A stretch of DNA of 64,000 nt from Basidiobolus meristosporus CBS 931.73 (GCA_002104905.1 MCFE01000217.1:60918-124917), one strand, 5' to 3'; counted from the stretch's first letter, positions 49,621 to 61,148 are shown. Notes: generated from the sequence alone by a model not told the origin. A program made the numbers and translations.

Positions 49621-51107
49621 CACATCAACAGTATTTCTTAATTGACCCCGGGCTCGACCTGAACATTGATCTACGCATGCATCATCACCCATATTAGGCC
49701 AATCTCCATGCGGCTGATAGCATATATAGATAAGTATTTTGAAAATAAAGTACCCTGTGGGGCTATCTTCCGTCGCCATTCTTACGCCCAGCAACGCATA
49801 GCTGCTGCACAGCCGATACTCACCGCCGTGTATGCAACGGCCTACCGTTAGTTCGTTAGGATTGAGAAACGGGGCTGGCCATCGTATTGCTGTGGGACGG
49901 GAGACACTGGCGTTTCCAGCAGGTCCCGTCCATCGCTGGGTGCAACGACGCAGGCCGTGCTAACCCCGTACATTGCACCTCCTCGCCCTGCATCCCGATA
50001 TTGCATTCTGAGCCATGACTGCATATTGGATGGATTAGCCATTTACAGCTGTCAATAAGAACCGATCAGACATGGAAAACAGGGAGCCTCCGTGGCAACC
50101 AATGGGCTTCCCCTGCCGTGCGTTGGAGGGCCCTGTTGAAGAAAGGAATCCCCACGATCGAGGAACATACAAACCTGGCGGGCTCTGTCTCAGCAGTCCC
50201 GGCACCGGCCTAGCAGCTTCTAGGAGCTTCTGGCGGCCATTGCACCAGCACCCCATGAGGAAGCGGATCAGAGGTCTAGGCACAGGCTGTGGACGAGCAA
50301 CGCTTGCTTCCAGCATGAGCGGATCGGGGGACCCTGGCTGTTGCCACCCCGTGGATCATCCTGGCTAGACAGCGGATTCCGCGGTGCTAGATAGGTCTGC
50401 CCAGCCGGTGATTCGTCATTGCCCTGACTCTTGTTTATCGGTGTGGAAATCGGGGTCGAGCACCCCATACCCAGCGCTCACTATGGACCAATGCATCCCA
50501 GGGCTAAATTGGATTCAGAAATGAATCGCTGCCCTTCCCAGCCAATCAAGGGCGCGATCCTTGGTTTGAGGGCCATATCCAGCAAGTCCAAATATTTGTG
50601 ATCACCGTCATGTTCGGCATATTAGTGGATTTCGCAACTACGCTAAATGCGGATCTCTCGAAAAAAAAAGAAAAAAAACCACGATAAATGCAGATGAATC
50701 ATAGTTGATTCGATGGCGGGGTTTGTTGTCCAGTCAAAAACCTTGGACGAGTCCCTGTTATGGATTTTCCGTATCACAAACTATGGCCATTTTTTCATCG
50801 ATATAATCATCCATTCTCAACCTCCCTGCTCCGGCCTTTTATTTCCTTCATTATTCCTGTGTTCCCAAGCTCTCCTGGCTTGTATTTCCCTCCGCTACAC
50901 TTCCCCTTGTGTTTATTCTTTTTACTTGTTAACTTTCCTTGGCTTCTGCCCCACCAACTCTGTATTTTCCTACCTCCATTTCGCTCTGCAGCTGGCTTGC
51001 CCCCACTCTCTCCAAACCTTATCCCTCTCCACCGTGTGACGTTCTGCACTCTATTGCGGCATCCCTTCCCATCCCATCCCATTTTAGTTTCTATTACACA
51101 TAAAATA

Positions 51108-54100
51108 ATGACCGAGTGCTCTATAAACCAATTAGAAGACAGTAATATTCAAAGCCTTACTCATAACTCTGGGGAGTTTTGGGACTCGCAAAAGCACTCC
51201 TCCAAGACTCCTTTACCATACAGCCTGGAGAATATACACCCAGACGATGCTAAAGATAAAGTTTTCGCTGCCATACTAAAGGCGTTGGTTGTGATGGATA
51301 ATAAGCCAAGCTCTCCAAAGGAGCTCGCAAACTGCATCATGAAGCACAAATTCACCATACTAGGGTAAGTTTGAGCAATACATTTGCTTTTAAAAATACG
51401 CTCCTTCATTTTAGCTTATTTAACACCCTCTCTAGTAAGGCAGCCTTGTGGATATTTGTTTTAAATAAATGCAAGGGTGACTTGGGCTTTGACACTTAGT
51501 ACTTTATTTTACTAACTTCTTTCTAAATGATAGTGGCGCCACACCGTACGCAACCGTATCTTCCCGGATATCACAACACTTTAAGCGGGCCGCCGAGCAT
51601 AAGCCTCCACGTCCTCCTCTACTGGCGCGTGTAGTGGACGAAGTGCACTCACGGAAGATTCATTATTACATCGCTGGTGGCAGTGTCCCACAGAGCAAAC
51701 GGAGCGATCCTGTGTGCTCACCTCAAAAAGCGCCAGCCTCTCTCAAAGAAACGAATGCTGTACAGGGCGGTTACCCAAAGTTGCGAATTCGTCTGAAAAG
51801 ACGAAAGAAAGCCAATGAACGTACTGCTCACGTGATGAAGAAGCAAAAAGCAGTTTTGTCTGGAACGAGGCCAGGCATGGGCAAAGGAAAGTGGGTTCCT
51901 CGGACTGAACCAGCCAACTGCATCAAGTCTTACAGCGCAGGTAGCTCGGAAGATGGGAGCGATGCTGACATCGATGCAATCGGTCCTGATTCTGAGCAGG
52001 AGTTTGAGGGTGACATCGCCCGCAGCCACCCGGCTAGCGGCAAGCGTGGCATGTCTTACCATTCGGAGCTCTCCTCTCATGGTACTCAGACTGGCTCCAT
52101 TTCGGTGGACGCATACGATGCAACCACGTCTATGTTAGGCTTGACAAGTGATGCCGAGTATAGTGACTATTTTGAGGAGATGATGAACGGCGACTTGTGC
52201 ATTGATGACGATTCTCCTATCGTCAAACTAGAGCCAGATTCGGCATCTTCGCCTCTCTTTCACCGCTCTCAGCTCGATTCAGTAAACAGCCCTACATACG
52301 ATCTCGGCACCTCCACTTCGTCCACTGTTACCCCTGATCCCCCTGTTCATAAAGAGGTCGGAGTAGATCTCGCGCCAGGAACCAATCTCCTGACCCCGGA
52401 TACAACGTCGCTGTTTGAGCGGGAGCTGGACACGCACCTTATCCCCAGCTTTGGCGACGAATTTAACGAGGATTCACCTTTGCTCTCCAAGAACGTTTCT
52501 TATGTCCCTCTCATGGAGCTAAACAATCCGGAGACCATGCCAGTATCAGAGTTGGACGAACTATTGAATGGGTCTCCTCGTACCCATGACTCGAGTCCTA
52601 AACGCCTATTCGGCTCACGTGACAAGGGCATGACCAAACGTACACCAAACCACGAATTCAGTAGATTTGAAGAGAATCATGACCACAAGGTCCCCTCTCG
52701 AGAAGACGAGATTGCTGATGGTGAGTTGGCTTCATTCAATGTGAAGTCCGATGTAGTGGGAATGGATCTAGACTCTAGATCGTCGGATGGTTCCCCAAAC
52801 CTCTCCCAAGACGGGTCATTTGGAACGATGTCAGTGGATTCCGAACGGACGCCTGTTCATGAAGATAGCACTACCCAGGCCACATCCATGGAAGGTACAG
52901 AACTCCTAAACGAGTCCAACCCGGTGCTGATAGATGCAGAGGCCAAGGCGCCCATGGTTGTGGTCAAGGTTTACTCGAATGTAAGTGTGTATGAGACTGT
53001 GCTCCCAGACACGCAATTGAGGCTACTTCGCTTTAAATCCAACGTTCCAGTCGAAGACTCTAACTCTCGACACAAAAAGTCTATGGTTATGCTTGAAGAA
53101 GACCGCCACAAGGATTTTTGCAACGCCAGCTTGTTGAGGAAAGCCGCCCAGCCTTATGTTGGTGACGGCAAACTTGAAAGCGATGATGGAAACACAAGAT
53201 TTGTCGTCATACGAAATGGCCCTGCTGAATGTCGTGGGGTGTGGTAAGTTCATCTAGCATAGAGGTTCGTGATAATTTGGATATACTAAGCTTAAATTCC
53301 TACGAAATAGGGTTTCCCTAGACCGGGCCCGGCATTTAGTGGAGGAGTATGGAATGCAAAATGTGCCGCATATTCAGAAGTTGTTGAGTGATGCTCCTCT
53401 GGACCAACGATACGGTATGCACCACAAGAGATTTCATGTCGAGCCCGGTTTACTTACCATCGCCACCCCTAGATTTTTCCGAGTCTTCTATGGATCCATC
53501 GGAGATTGACAAGCATCTAGTGGAGCTAAGTGGAATCCTCCAAAATGCGGTATCCGAATACAGCCTTTCGCAAAAGAATCGCACAACTCCTAAATCCGCA
53601 TGCAATTCGAATCACGACGAGAATACCTTTTCCGAACCTCATATTGAAAAGGAGTCGATGGAGTCTGCCAACCCAAGTCACATGGGCGACATTGATCCTC
53701 ATGCGTTCATCAGCTTAGATGAAGACGACGAAGATCAAAGCCACATGCAATGCCATGAAGACGCAAAAACTTGTGATTCATCACCCAGTTCGACAGCTTC
53801 AGGTGGTGAAGGTGACAGTGAGGCCCTTGAGGATATTACGGACGAAAGAAAAGCTTTCATTACCACTCAATCTCCCACTACCCCAACAATTTATCTCACG
53901 GTCATTGAGTCTGTTCCTGTCTATGTGACCTATATATCCAAAGGCGCTGGCAGCAACGAAACTTTTCAGCTAATGCGTCGCTTCGATTCTGGCTACGTTA
54001 ACGGAACCAAACTCCTCATGGCTGGCGGTGTGGAAACCGAAAGTGAACGAACGATCGTGCTGAGCCTTGAGGTTGGCCGAGTTCGTATCCGTAAACCAGA

Positions 54101-54674
54101 GAGCAAGCTGTTTGGTACCTGGTAAGCTAAGTCCCTTCAAGGTTGAAATGTCGTCCGACAAATACTAACGTAGAATAATACAATAAGGATCCCGTTACCC
54201 CGAGCTCGAGCTTTGGCCTCGACATGCTCATTACAGCATAAGCTTGGCCCATTCCTGGACAACAACTTGCCATCCTATTTCTCAACACCGCTCCCAAGTT
54301 CAATCACCACTGCGAGGCCAATGCGTCTTACATCCCGCTTACATCAGGTACTAAAAGCAAAAGACTTGTCTTTAAACACCCGAACCACAATAGGCTCAAG
54401 CGCTGGAGTTTCTCCACAATCTTTGCACCCTTCAAAAAATTTCCTCTCTGGTCCCAACTACCATATTTACCAAATCCTAGGTCTTCAGGGCTCCAAGCAA
54501 TCTAAGAGTGCAGCTTTAAGTGGGCTATTTGGAGGGCCGGGTGTGGTTGGATCCCATGACGATAAGAAAGGAAGTCGATGGTTGAAGAAAGTCAGATCCA
54601 GATTTGGCAACACCAAGCGTTCTGTGAAGGGATCCTGCGAAGAGCATGGCAACTATCAGAAATGTCCGATATGA
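51108..54674 (+). CDS. Putative transcription/chromatin factor: N-terminal winged helix (GDS1/HARE-HTH-like) plus two KilA-N/APSES-like domains
   Basis: Exons 51108-51364, 51534-53243, 53311-53414, 53473-54121, 54188-54674. DKVFAAILKAL..KPSSPKELA..ILG|GATPYATVSSRISQHF. CNASLL...RGVW|VSLDRARHL. MRRFDSGYVNGTKLL...GTW|IPLPRARALA...LGPFL. The 3' end is less certain. Confidence 0.8.
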
Positions 54675-55133
54675 GCCAATTCGATATCGAAGGACCCAGT
54701 CATGTTAAACCTCGATTCTGAAACTGACATTGAAATTTGAGCAAGTGATTAAAGCAAGCACCACCCAGATGTTGAGTGGCTCCGTACAATCAAGGTGATC
54801 ATCCGATCCCAGCACATCAACCGTTGGTAAGATTCAGTACACATTCCGGACTGGTTGTTCTGAATCCGTGTTTCCAGTACTCCGACCAATCAAAAAGATA
54901 CGACATGTGCGAAGACTGGTATTTGCCTGAATGATCTCCGCTCCTATTACTCCTTACCTGGTAGCCATTTCGTCAAAGCAGTATTTTAGTATGTATATAA
55001 GTCCAACCCACTATGCTCCCCATGTATTTTTTTGTCAATTTAATATACACTTAATATATCACTTCGCCCGGATAGTGAGTTGATGGCGACTGCGAACATT
55101 TATATAGTACGAGGTAAAGGGGGGACGAAACAG

Positions 55134-55148
55134 CTCGGCCATCTTGCC
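55134..55148 (-). pseudogene. 5' 15-nt stub of tRNA-Leu(UAG) at the array boundary
   Basis: The minus strand reads GGCAAGATGGCCGAG and then unrelated sequence. It matches 58769-58783. Confidence 0.85.
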
Positions 55149-55684
55149 ATGTCTTTTCTCCAGGTACACAGTACGCTAGGGATATAGCTGAAATTAGTGG
55201 TATTAGTAGTATTACACCTGCTATCCGACACTAAATCAAAGCCACTTCCAGACATGAATGCATACTACCATCATTGAAGGTGACCAAAATCCTGGGTGCC
55301 TATTACATATCAATGAATATGATGAGGAAACCTCGTTAGACTCGGCTATATGCTATTCCTGTATAATCAGAAGCTAAAAGGACATGCTCCTCCACTGATC
55401 AACAATGTTCTTGAGCTGCAGGCAAATGCTTCTTTTTTATGGGAGTAGGTTGCCAGTAATTGAGTGTTGATTTGGCAAAAATGAACATTCACTACAACAA
55501 CAGCTAGGATGTGAACATACGGCCTTCCTACTAGGAGGGGGTGCGATATCAACCAAGCTATCAAAATTCCGGAGACTCCATCCGCTGAAGTGTTTACTTG
55601 GCCCGCGGTTTGCTAATATGGAGGTTAAACAAACCCTGCACCAAGCCAAAAAAATATACAAAGCTTGATTTAGCATAAAATGAG

Positions 55685-55780
55685 TGCTCCAGGCGGGGAT
55701 CGAACCCGCGACCTTCGCGTGACTCAAGTATAGAGAGTTACTCTATAAGCACGACGCATTAACCACTTTGCTACTGGAGC
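55685..55780 (-). tRNA. tRNA-Ile(UAU): tRNA-Ile(UAU) with 23-nt intron
   Basis: GCTCCAG...TGGAGCA acceptor stem, CT-TAT-A loop, intron after position 37, GGTTCGATCC T-arm, T4 terminator. Confidence 0.95.
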
Positions 55781-56136
55781 GTCTTGGTCTAATGCTTCTA
55801 TGGGTTGAAATGATACCTACCCAAAACTTCCAAGCTCAAATATTAGTTGAGTATTTACACACCTCAAGGGTAAGTGTGTACCAAGATATCGATCTAAGGT
55901 GAGCCTCAACAAATAGACAACTTTCTATTCAAAGGGCACTACGTCAGGCTCATTTAGCTATTCAGTGTAGCATGCCATGCCTATGGAATGAGTAGGACTA
56001 GGTTGGTGATTAAAATTACACACCAACTGATAGACACATATAATTAAATTGGTAGCTGAAATCTGAGCCTAATGGTAAGTGTCTGTGTGAAGTAGAGTTA
56101 AACCAGCAACATCTGGATGAGAAGCTGAGTTTAAAA

Positions 56137-56207
56137 TGCATACTCGGGGAATCGAACCCCGGTCTACCGCGTGGCAGGCGGTAATTATACCACTAAACCA
56201 AGTATGC
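56137..56207 (-). tRNA. tRNA-Gly(GCC): tRNA-Gly(GCC)
   Basis: GCATACT...AGTATGCA, ACCGC-CTGCCAC-GCGGT anticodon arm, T4 terminator. Confidence 0.96.
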
Positions 56208-57156
56208 AACTGTGAACAACTTATCTCTTAAGGAACTCATTATCCCATATATTAAACAGCCGTATAGACAGCACTACAACACCCCATGAATTCAAGGCAG
56301 GAAAAACCGATTATTTGTGTAATGGATAATGACGATTCCTACCCCCTACGTACGAGTGAATCTAATATTCCACTTGTATATGCGGCAGATTGGCCCGCCG
56401 AGTTCATTTTTCATGGAGACAGGCCCAGAGAGATTAGAACAGACTCGTAGCTGAGAGGGGGTATTTTGGTAGGATTTAGGTGGTGTGAGGGGGACCGATG
56501 AGATCACCAGAGACACGCCAACAATAACGACACACACACATAGCATACATGACCAGGCCAATAGTTTAGTTGCGAGGGCGGGATGGGAGTGTGGCAAGTT
56601 CGTGGTTCAAATCCGACCCCCTCGTTAGGATTAGAAGAATCGGCAGTAAAATGAGCGGGTTATGCAGAAATTTTGCGCCAGAAAGAATGGGGGATCCGCG
56701 ACGGATAAGGGAGAGAAAATGGGAAATTTCCAGCAACCCTAAACCCTAAGAGCAGGAATTCAGGGGTTTGCACAGACACGACACTGTGGTGGCAGGATAT
56801 ACAGCAGACTCGTGGGGAATTTTTCTGGTTAGAACCCGTTCCGCACTTTATATTTTGGGAAGAAAGTCATCGGTTTGTAGTGTGAACAGCAGCAGCACCT
56901 ATGGACTGAAAAGGCCTCCACCGACCCCCTTCCTTGAAAGCGGTTGTTGTCACTGTAGCTGGGCGAGCAAGAAAGGGAAAGGAAATGACGAACCGAACCG
57001 AACCAAAATGAAACAACACATAGCTTAGCCGCCTCAGATGTGAAATCACCGTATCCCGAACCAGGCCAGGGGTTATGCACAGGCTACCCAGCAGCGGACC
57101 TTTTGGGGGGGGGGGAAACGGGCGAATGTATAAGAAAAGAAAAAGGGGAAAACAAG

Positions 57157-57238
57157 CGACGGCCACAGGATTTGAACCTGTGCGGGCAGAGCCCAACAGA
57201 TTTCGAGTCTGTCTCCTTAACCACTCGGACAGACCGTC
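57157..57238 (-). tRNA. tRNA-Ser(CGA): tRNA-Ser(CGA)
   Basis: GACGGTC...GGCCGTCG, ACAGA-CTCGAAA-TCTGT anticodon arm, long variable arm. Confidence 0.96.
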
Positions 57239-57513
57239 GTACTCACGAGCGATTGTTAATCGCGAATTTATTTCGAATTTCTTATCTGGGTTGAGACAAA
57301 GTGGTGATTCTTCCGAGTACCTTCACTCAATTTAGGGTTAGAGGGTAGATAATGCTAACATTGTAATGCAAGATCCCCAACCAGTCTTTGTAAAAGACAC
57401 GCACGCGTTGCATGGCTGCTTGGATTGCGAGAGACAAGATAAAGCAGATGACATAAGATTAGCCCAAATGGGGTATGGCAACTCAAAGTTAAATGCCCGC
57501 CTGCAAAAAGTAT

Positions 57514-57595
57514 TGACAAGAGTGGGGTTCGAACCCACGCCTCCGGAGAGACTGCGGCCTAAACGCAGCGCCTTGGACCACTCGGCCATCTTGCC
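57514..57595 (-). tRNA. tRNA-Leu(UAG): tRNA-Leu(UAG)
   Basis: GGCAAGA...TCTTGTCA, CTGCG-TTTAGGC-CGCAG anticodon arm, long variable arm. Confidence 0.96.
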
Positions 57596-58075
57596 TCACG
57601 CAGGGTGCTTGCTTGGCTCAACGGTCTCATGCTCCTTTCCTCAGGCAGCCTTCTCGGGTTACGAGCTATGAATGGGCACATCCAATTCTCAATTCCTAGC
57701 TAACTTATGCTATCGTTGGGGTTAGGGATATTTAGTGGTAGTACTAGCCACTATGGGATGCGCGCACAACAGAGAGCAAACATGACACATTCAATTCAAT
57801 TCAATTCAATACAATATTAGAACAACGCAAAGCCCGGTGGCTTGGGCTAAGTTGATTAGTGACAAATCTCCGCTCTTCTCCTCAAGACATTTCATAGTGA
57901 TGAATAAGCATCTGCATATTGCCGAGTGCCCACGCTAGAAGGGTTAAGTACATCAAGGTTTGTCTGAAAGAGGGAATAAAGAAATATATGATCCTAAAGA
58001 AAAAGGCTAACCTTCTCTTTTCGAGTGTGCTCATGGATTATTACAAGATATGAGCTAAAGAGATGCAAAACACAG

Positions 58076-58171
58076 TGCTCCAGGCGGGGATCGAACCCGC
58101 GACCTTCGCGTGACTGAAGTATAGAGAGTTACTCTATAAGCACGACGCATTAACCTCCTTGCTACTGGAGC
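58076..58171 (-). tRNA. tRNA-Ile(UAU): tRNA-Ile(UAU) variant with intron (D-loop AAGGAGG)
   Basis: Same as 55685-55780 apart from two D-loop changes and one intron change. Confidence 0.85.
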
Positions 58172-58416
58172 CCGTCGTTTACGGCTGATCGTTCTAAATT
58201 TCATTATTTTTTATAATGCATTTATCTCATAGATGTCAGCCGGTCTACTTTTTCCAAATGGAATATAGTTCTTATGATAGTACCTCACCTCATCCACGTG
58301 TTGATAAACATGAGCCGGGATTAGGGTTTCCCAGTAGTACAATGGTAGGTAGCCTACAAATTATTTATCGAAATATCACATAATCACACAGAATGTTTTG
58401 ATCTATTTACAAAAAT

Positions 58417-58498
58417 CGACGGCCACAGGATTTGAACCTGTGCGGGCAGAGCCCAACAGATTTCGAGTCTGTCTCCTTAACCACTCGGACAGACCGTC
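58417..58498 (-). tRNA. tRNA-Ser(CGA): tRNA-Ser(CGA), second copy
   Basis: Identical gene body to 57157-57238 with different flanks. Confidence 0.96.
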
Positions 58499-58701
58499 AT
58501 ACGGGAATCGGAGCAGATTTTAGAGACAACACTTCCATGGTGTAATGCATACAAGTGTAGTCAAAGCAAATAGCCTTGATGGCCACGAGAAAATAAAAGA
58601 TACTTTCCCCATTCGCTAGGCAAGCTCCAAACCATTGAAAATAGTTTACTGGTCAAGTCTAGCTACTAGGTTAAAAAGTATGGATAATACTTAAAAAGTG
58701 T

Positions 58702-58783
58702 TGACAAGAGTGGGGTTCGAACCCACGCCTCCGGAGAGACTGCGGCCTAAACGCAGCGCCTTGGACCACTCGGCCATCTTGCC
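58702..58783 (-). tRNA. tRNA-Leu(UAG): tRNA-Leu(UAG), second copy
   Basis: Identical gene body to 57514-57595 with different flanks. Confidence 0.96.
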
Positions 58784-59319
58784 ATGTCTTTTCTCCAGGT
58801 ACACAGTACGCTAGGGATATAGCTGAAATTAGTGGTATTAGTAGTATTACACCTGCTATCCGACACTAAATCAAAGCCACTTCCAGACATGAATGCATAC
58901 TACCATCATTGAAGGTGACCAAAATCCTGGGTGCCTATTACATATCAATGAATATGATGAGGAAACCTCGTTAGACTCGGCTATATGCTATTCCTGTATA
59001 ATCAGAAGCTAAAAGGACATGCTCCTCCACTGATCAACAATGTTCTTGAGCTGCAGGCAAATGCTTCTTTTTTATGGGAGTAGGTTGCCAGTAATTGAGT
59101 GTTGATTTGGCAAAAATGAACATTCACTACAACAACAGCTAGGATGTGAACATACGGCCTTCCTACTAGGAGGGGGTGCGATATCAACCAAGCTATCAAA
59201 ATTCCGGAGACTCCATCCGCTGAAGTGTTTACTTGGCCCGCGGTTTGCTAATATGGAGGTTAAACAAACCCTGCACCAAGCCAAAAAAATATACAAAGCT
59301 TGATTTAGCATAAAATGAG

Positions 59320-59415
59320 TGCTCCAGGCGGGGATCGAACCCGCGACCTTCGCGTGACTCAAGTATAGAGAGTTACTCTATAAGCACGACGCATTAACCA
59401 CTTTGCTACTGGAGC
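59320..59415 (-). tRNA. tRNA-Ile(UAU): tRNA-Ile(UAU) with intron, unit 2
   Basis: Copy of 55685-55780 at +3635. Confidence 0.95.
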
Positions 59416-59771
59416 GTCTTGGTCTAATGCTTCTATGGGTTGAAATGATACCTACCCAAAACTTCCAAGCTCAAATATTAGTTGAGTATTTACACACCTC
59501 AAGGGTAAGTGTGTACCAAGATATCGATCTAAGGTGAGCCTCAACAAATAGACAACTTTCTATTCAAAGGGCACTACGTCAGGCTCATTTAGCTATTCAG
59601 TGTAGCATGCCATGCCTATGGAATGAGTAGGACTAGGTTGGTGATTAAAATTACACACCAACTGATAGACACATATAATTAAATTGGTAGCTGAAATCTG
59701 AGCCTAATGGTAAGTGTCTGTGTGAAGTAGAGTTAAACCAGCAACATCTGGATGAGAAGCTGAGTTTAAAA

Positions 59772-59842
59772 TGCATACTCGGGGAATCGAACCCCGGTCT
59801 ACCGCGTGGCAGGCGGTAATTATACCACTAAACCAAGTATGC
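59772..59842 (-). tRNA. tRNA-Gly(GCC): tRNA-Gly(GCC), unit 2
   Basis: Copy of 56137-56207 at +3635. Confidence 0.96.
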
Positions 59843-60791
59843 AACTGTGAACAACTTATCTCTTAAGGAACTCATTATCCCATATATTAAACAGCCGTAT
59901 AGACAGCACTACAACACCCCATGAATTCAAGGCAGGAAAAACCGATTATTTGTGTAATGGATAATGACGATTCCTACCCCCTACGTACGAGTGAATCTAA
60001 TATTCCACTTGTATATGCGGCAGATTGGCCCGCCGAGTTCATTTTTCATGGAGACAGGCCCAGAGAGATTAGAACAGACTCGTAGCTGAGAGGGGGTATT
60101 TTGGTAGGATTTAGGTGGTGTGAGGGGGACCGATGAGATCACCAGAGACACGCCAACAATAACGACACACACACATAGCATACATGACCAGGCCAATAGT
60201 TTAGTTGCGAGGGCGGGATGGGAGTGTGGCAAGTTCGTGGTTCAAATCCGACCCCCTCGTTAGGATTAGAAGAATCGGCAGTAAAATGAGCGGGTTATGC
60301 AGAAATTTTGCGCCAGAAAGAATGGGGGATCCGCGACGGATAAGGGAGAGAAAATGGGAAATTTCCAGCAACCCTAAACCCTAAGAGCAGGAATTCAGGG
60401 GTTTGCACAGACACGACACTGTGGTGGCAGGATATACAGCAGACTCGTGGGGAATTTTTCTGGTTAGAACCCGTTCCGCACTTTATATTTTGGGAAGAAA
60501 GTCATCGGTTTGTAGTGTGAACAGCAGCAGCACCTATGGACTGAAAAGGCCTCCACCGACCCCCTTCCTTGAAAGCGGTTGTTGTCACTGTAGCTGGGCG
60601 AGCAAGAAAGGGAAAGGAAATGACGAACCGAACCGAACCAAAATGAAACAACACATAGCTTAGCCGCCTCAGATGTGAAATCACCGTATCCCGAACCAGG
60701 CCAGGGGTTATGCACAGGCTACCCAGCAGCGGACCTTTTGGGGGGGGGGGAAACGGGCGAATGTATAAGAAAAGAAAAAGGGGAAAACAAG

Positions 60792-60873
60792 CGACGGCCA
60801 CAGGATTTGAACCTGTGCGGGCAGAGCCCAACAGATTTCGAGTCTGTCTCCTTAACCACTCGGACAGACCGTC
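60792..60873 (-). tRNA. tRNA-Ser(CGA): tRNA-Ser(CGA), unit 2
   Basis: Copy of 57157-57238 at +3635. Confidence 0.96.
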
Positions 60874-61148
60874 GTACTCACGAGCGATTGTTAATCGCGA
60901 ATTTATTTCGAATTTCTTATCTGGGTTGAGACAAAGTGGTGATTCTTCCGAGTACCTTCACTCAATTTAGGGTTAGAGGGTAGATAATGCTAACATTGTA
61001 ATGCAAGATCCCCAACCAGTCTTTGTAAAAGACACGCACGCGTTGCATGGCTGCTTGGATTGCGAGAGACAAGATAAAGCAGATGACATAAGATTAGCCC
61101 AAATGGGGTATGGCAACTCAAAGTTAAATGCCCGCCTGCAAAAAGTAT

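Noticed and set aside
50760-51107. Long upstream extension of ORF 50760..51368
   Set aside because: Pyrimidine-rich low-complexity leader. The ATG at 51108 in an AAAATAATG context is the more plausible start.
58328-58548. tRNA 5'-like snippets TCCCAGTAGTACAATGGT (~58329) and TTCCATGGTGTAATG (~58533)
   Set aside because: There is no downstream B-box or cloverleaf, and they are too short to distinguish from chance.
55150-58700. 5S rRNA, snRNA or rDNA within the unit
   Set aside because: I could not recognise 5S, U6 or rRNA signature sequence by eye. An Infernal scan would be needed to exclude it fully.
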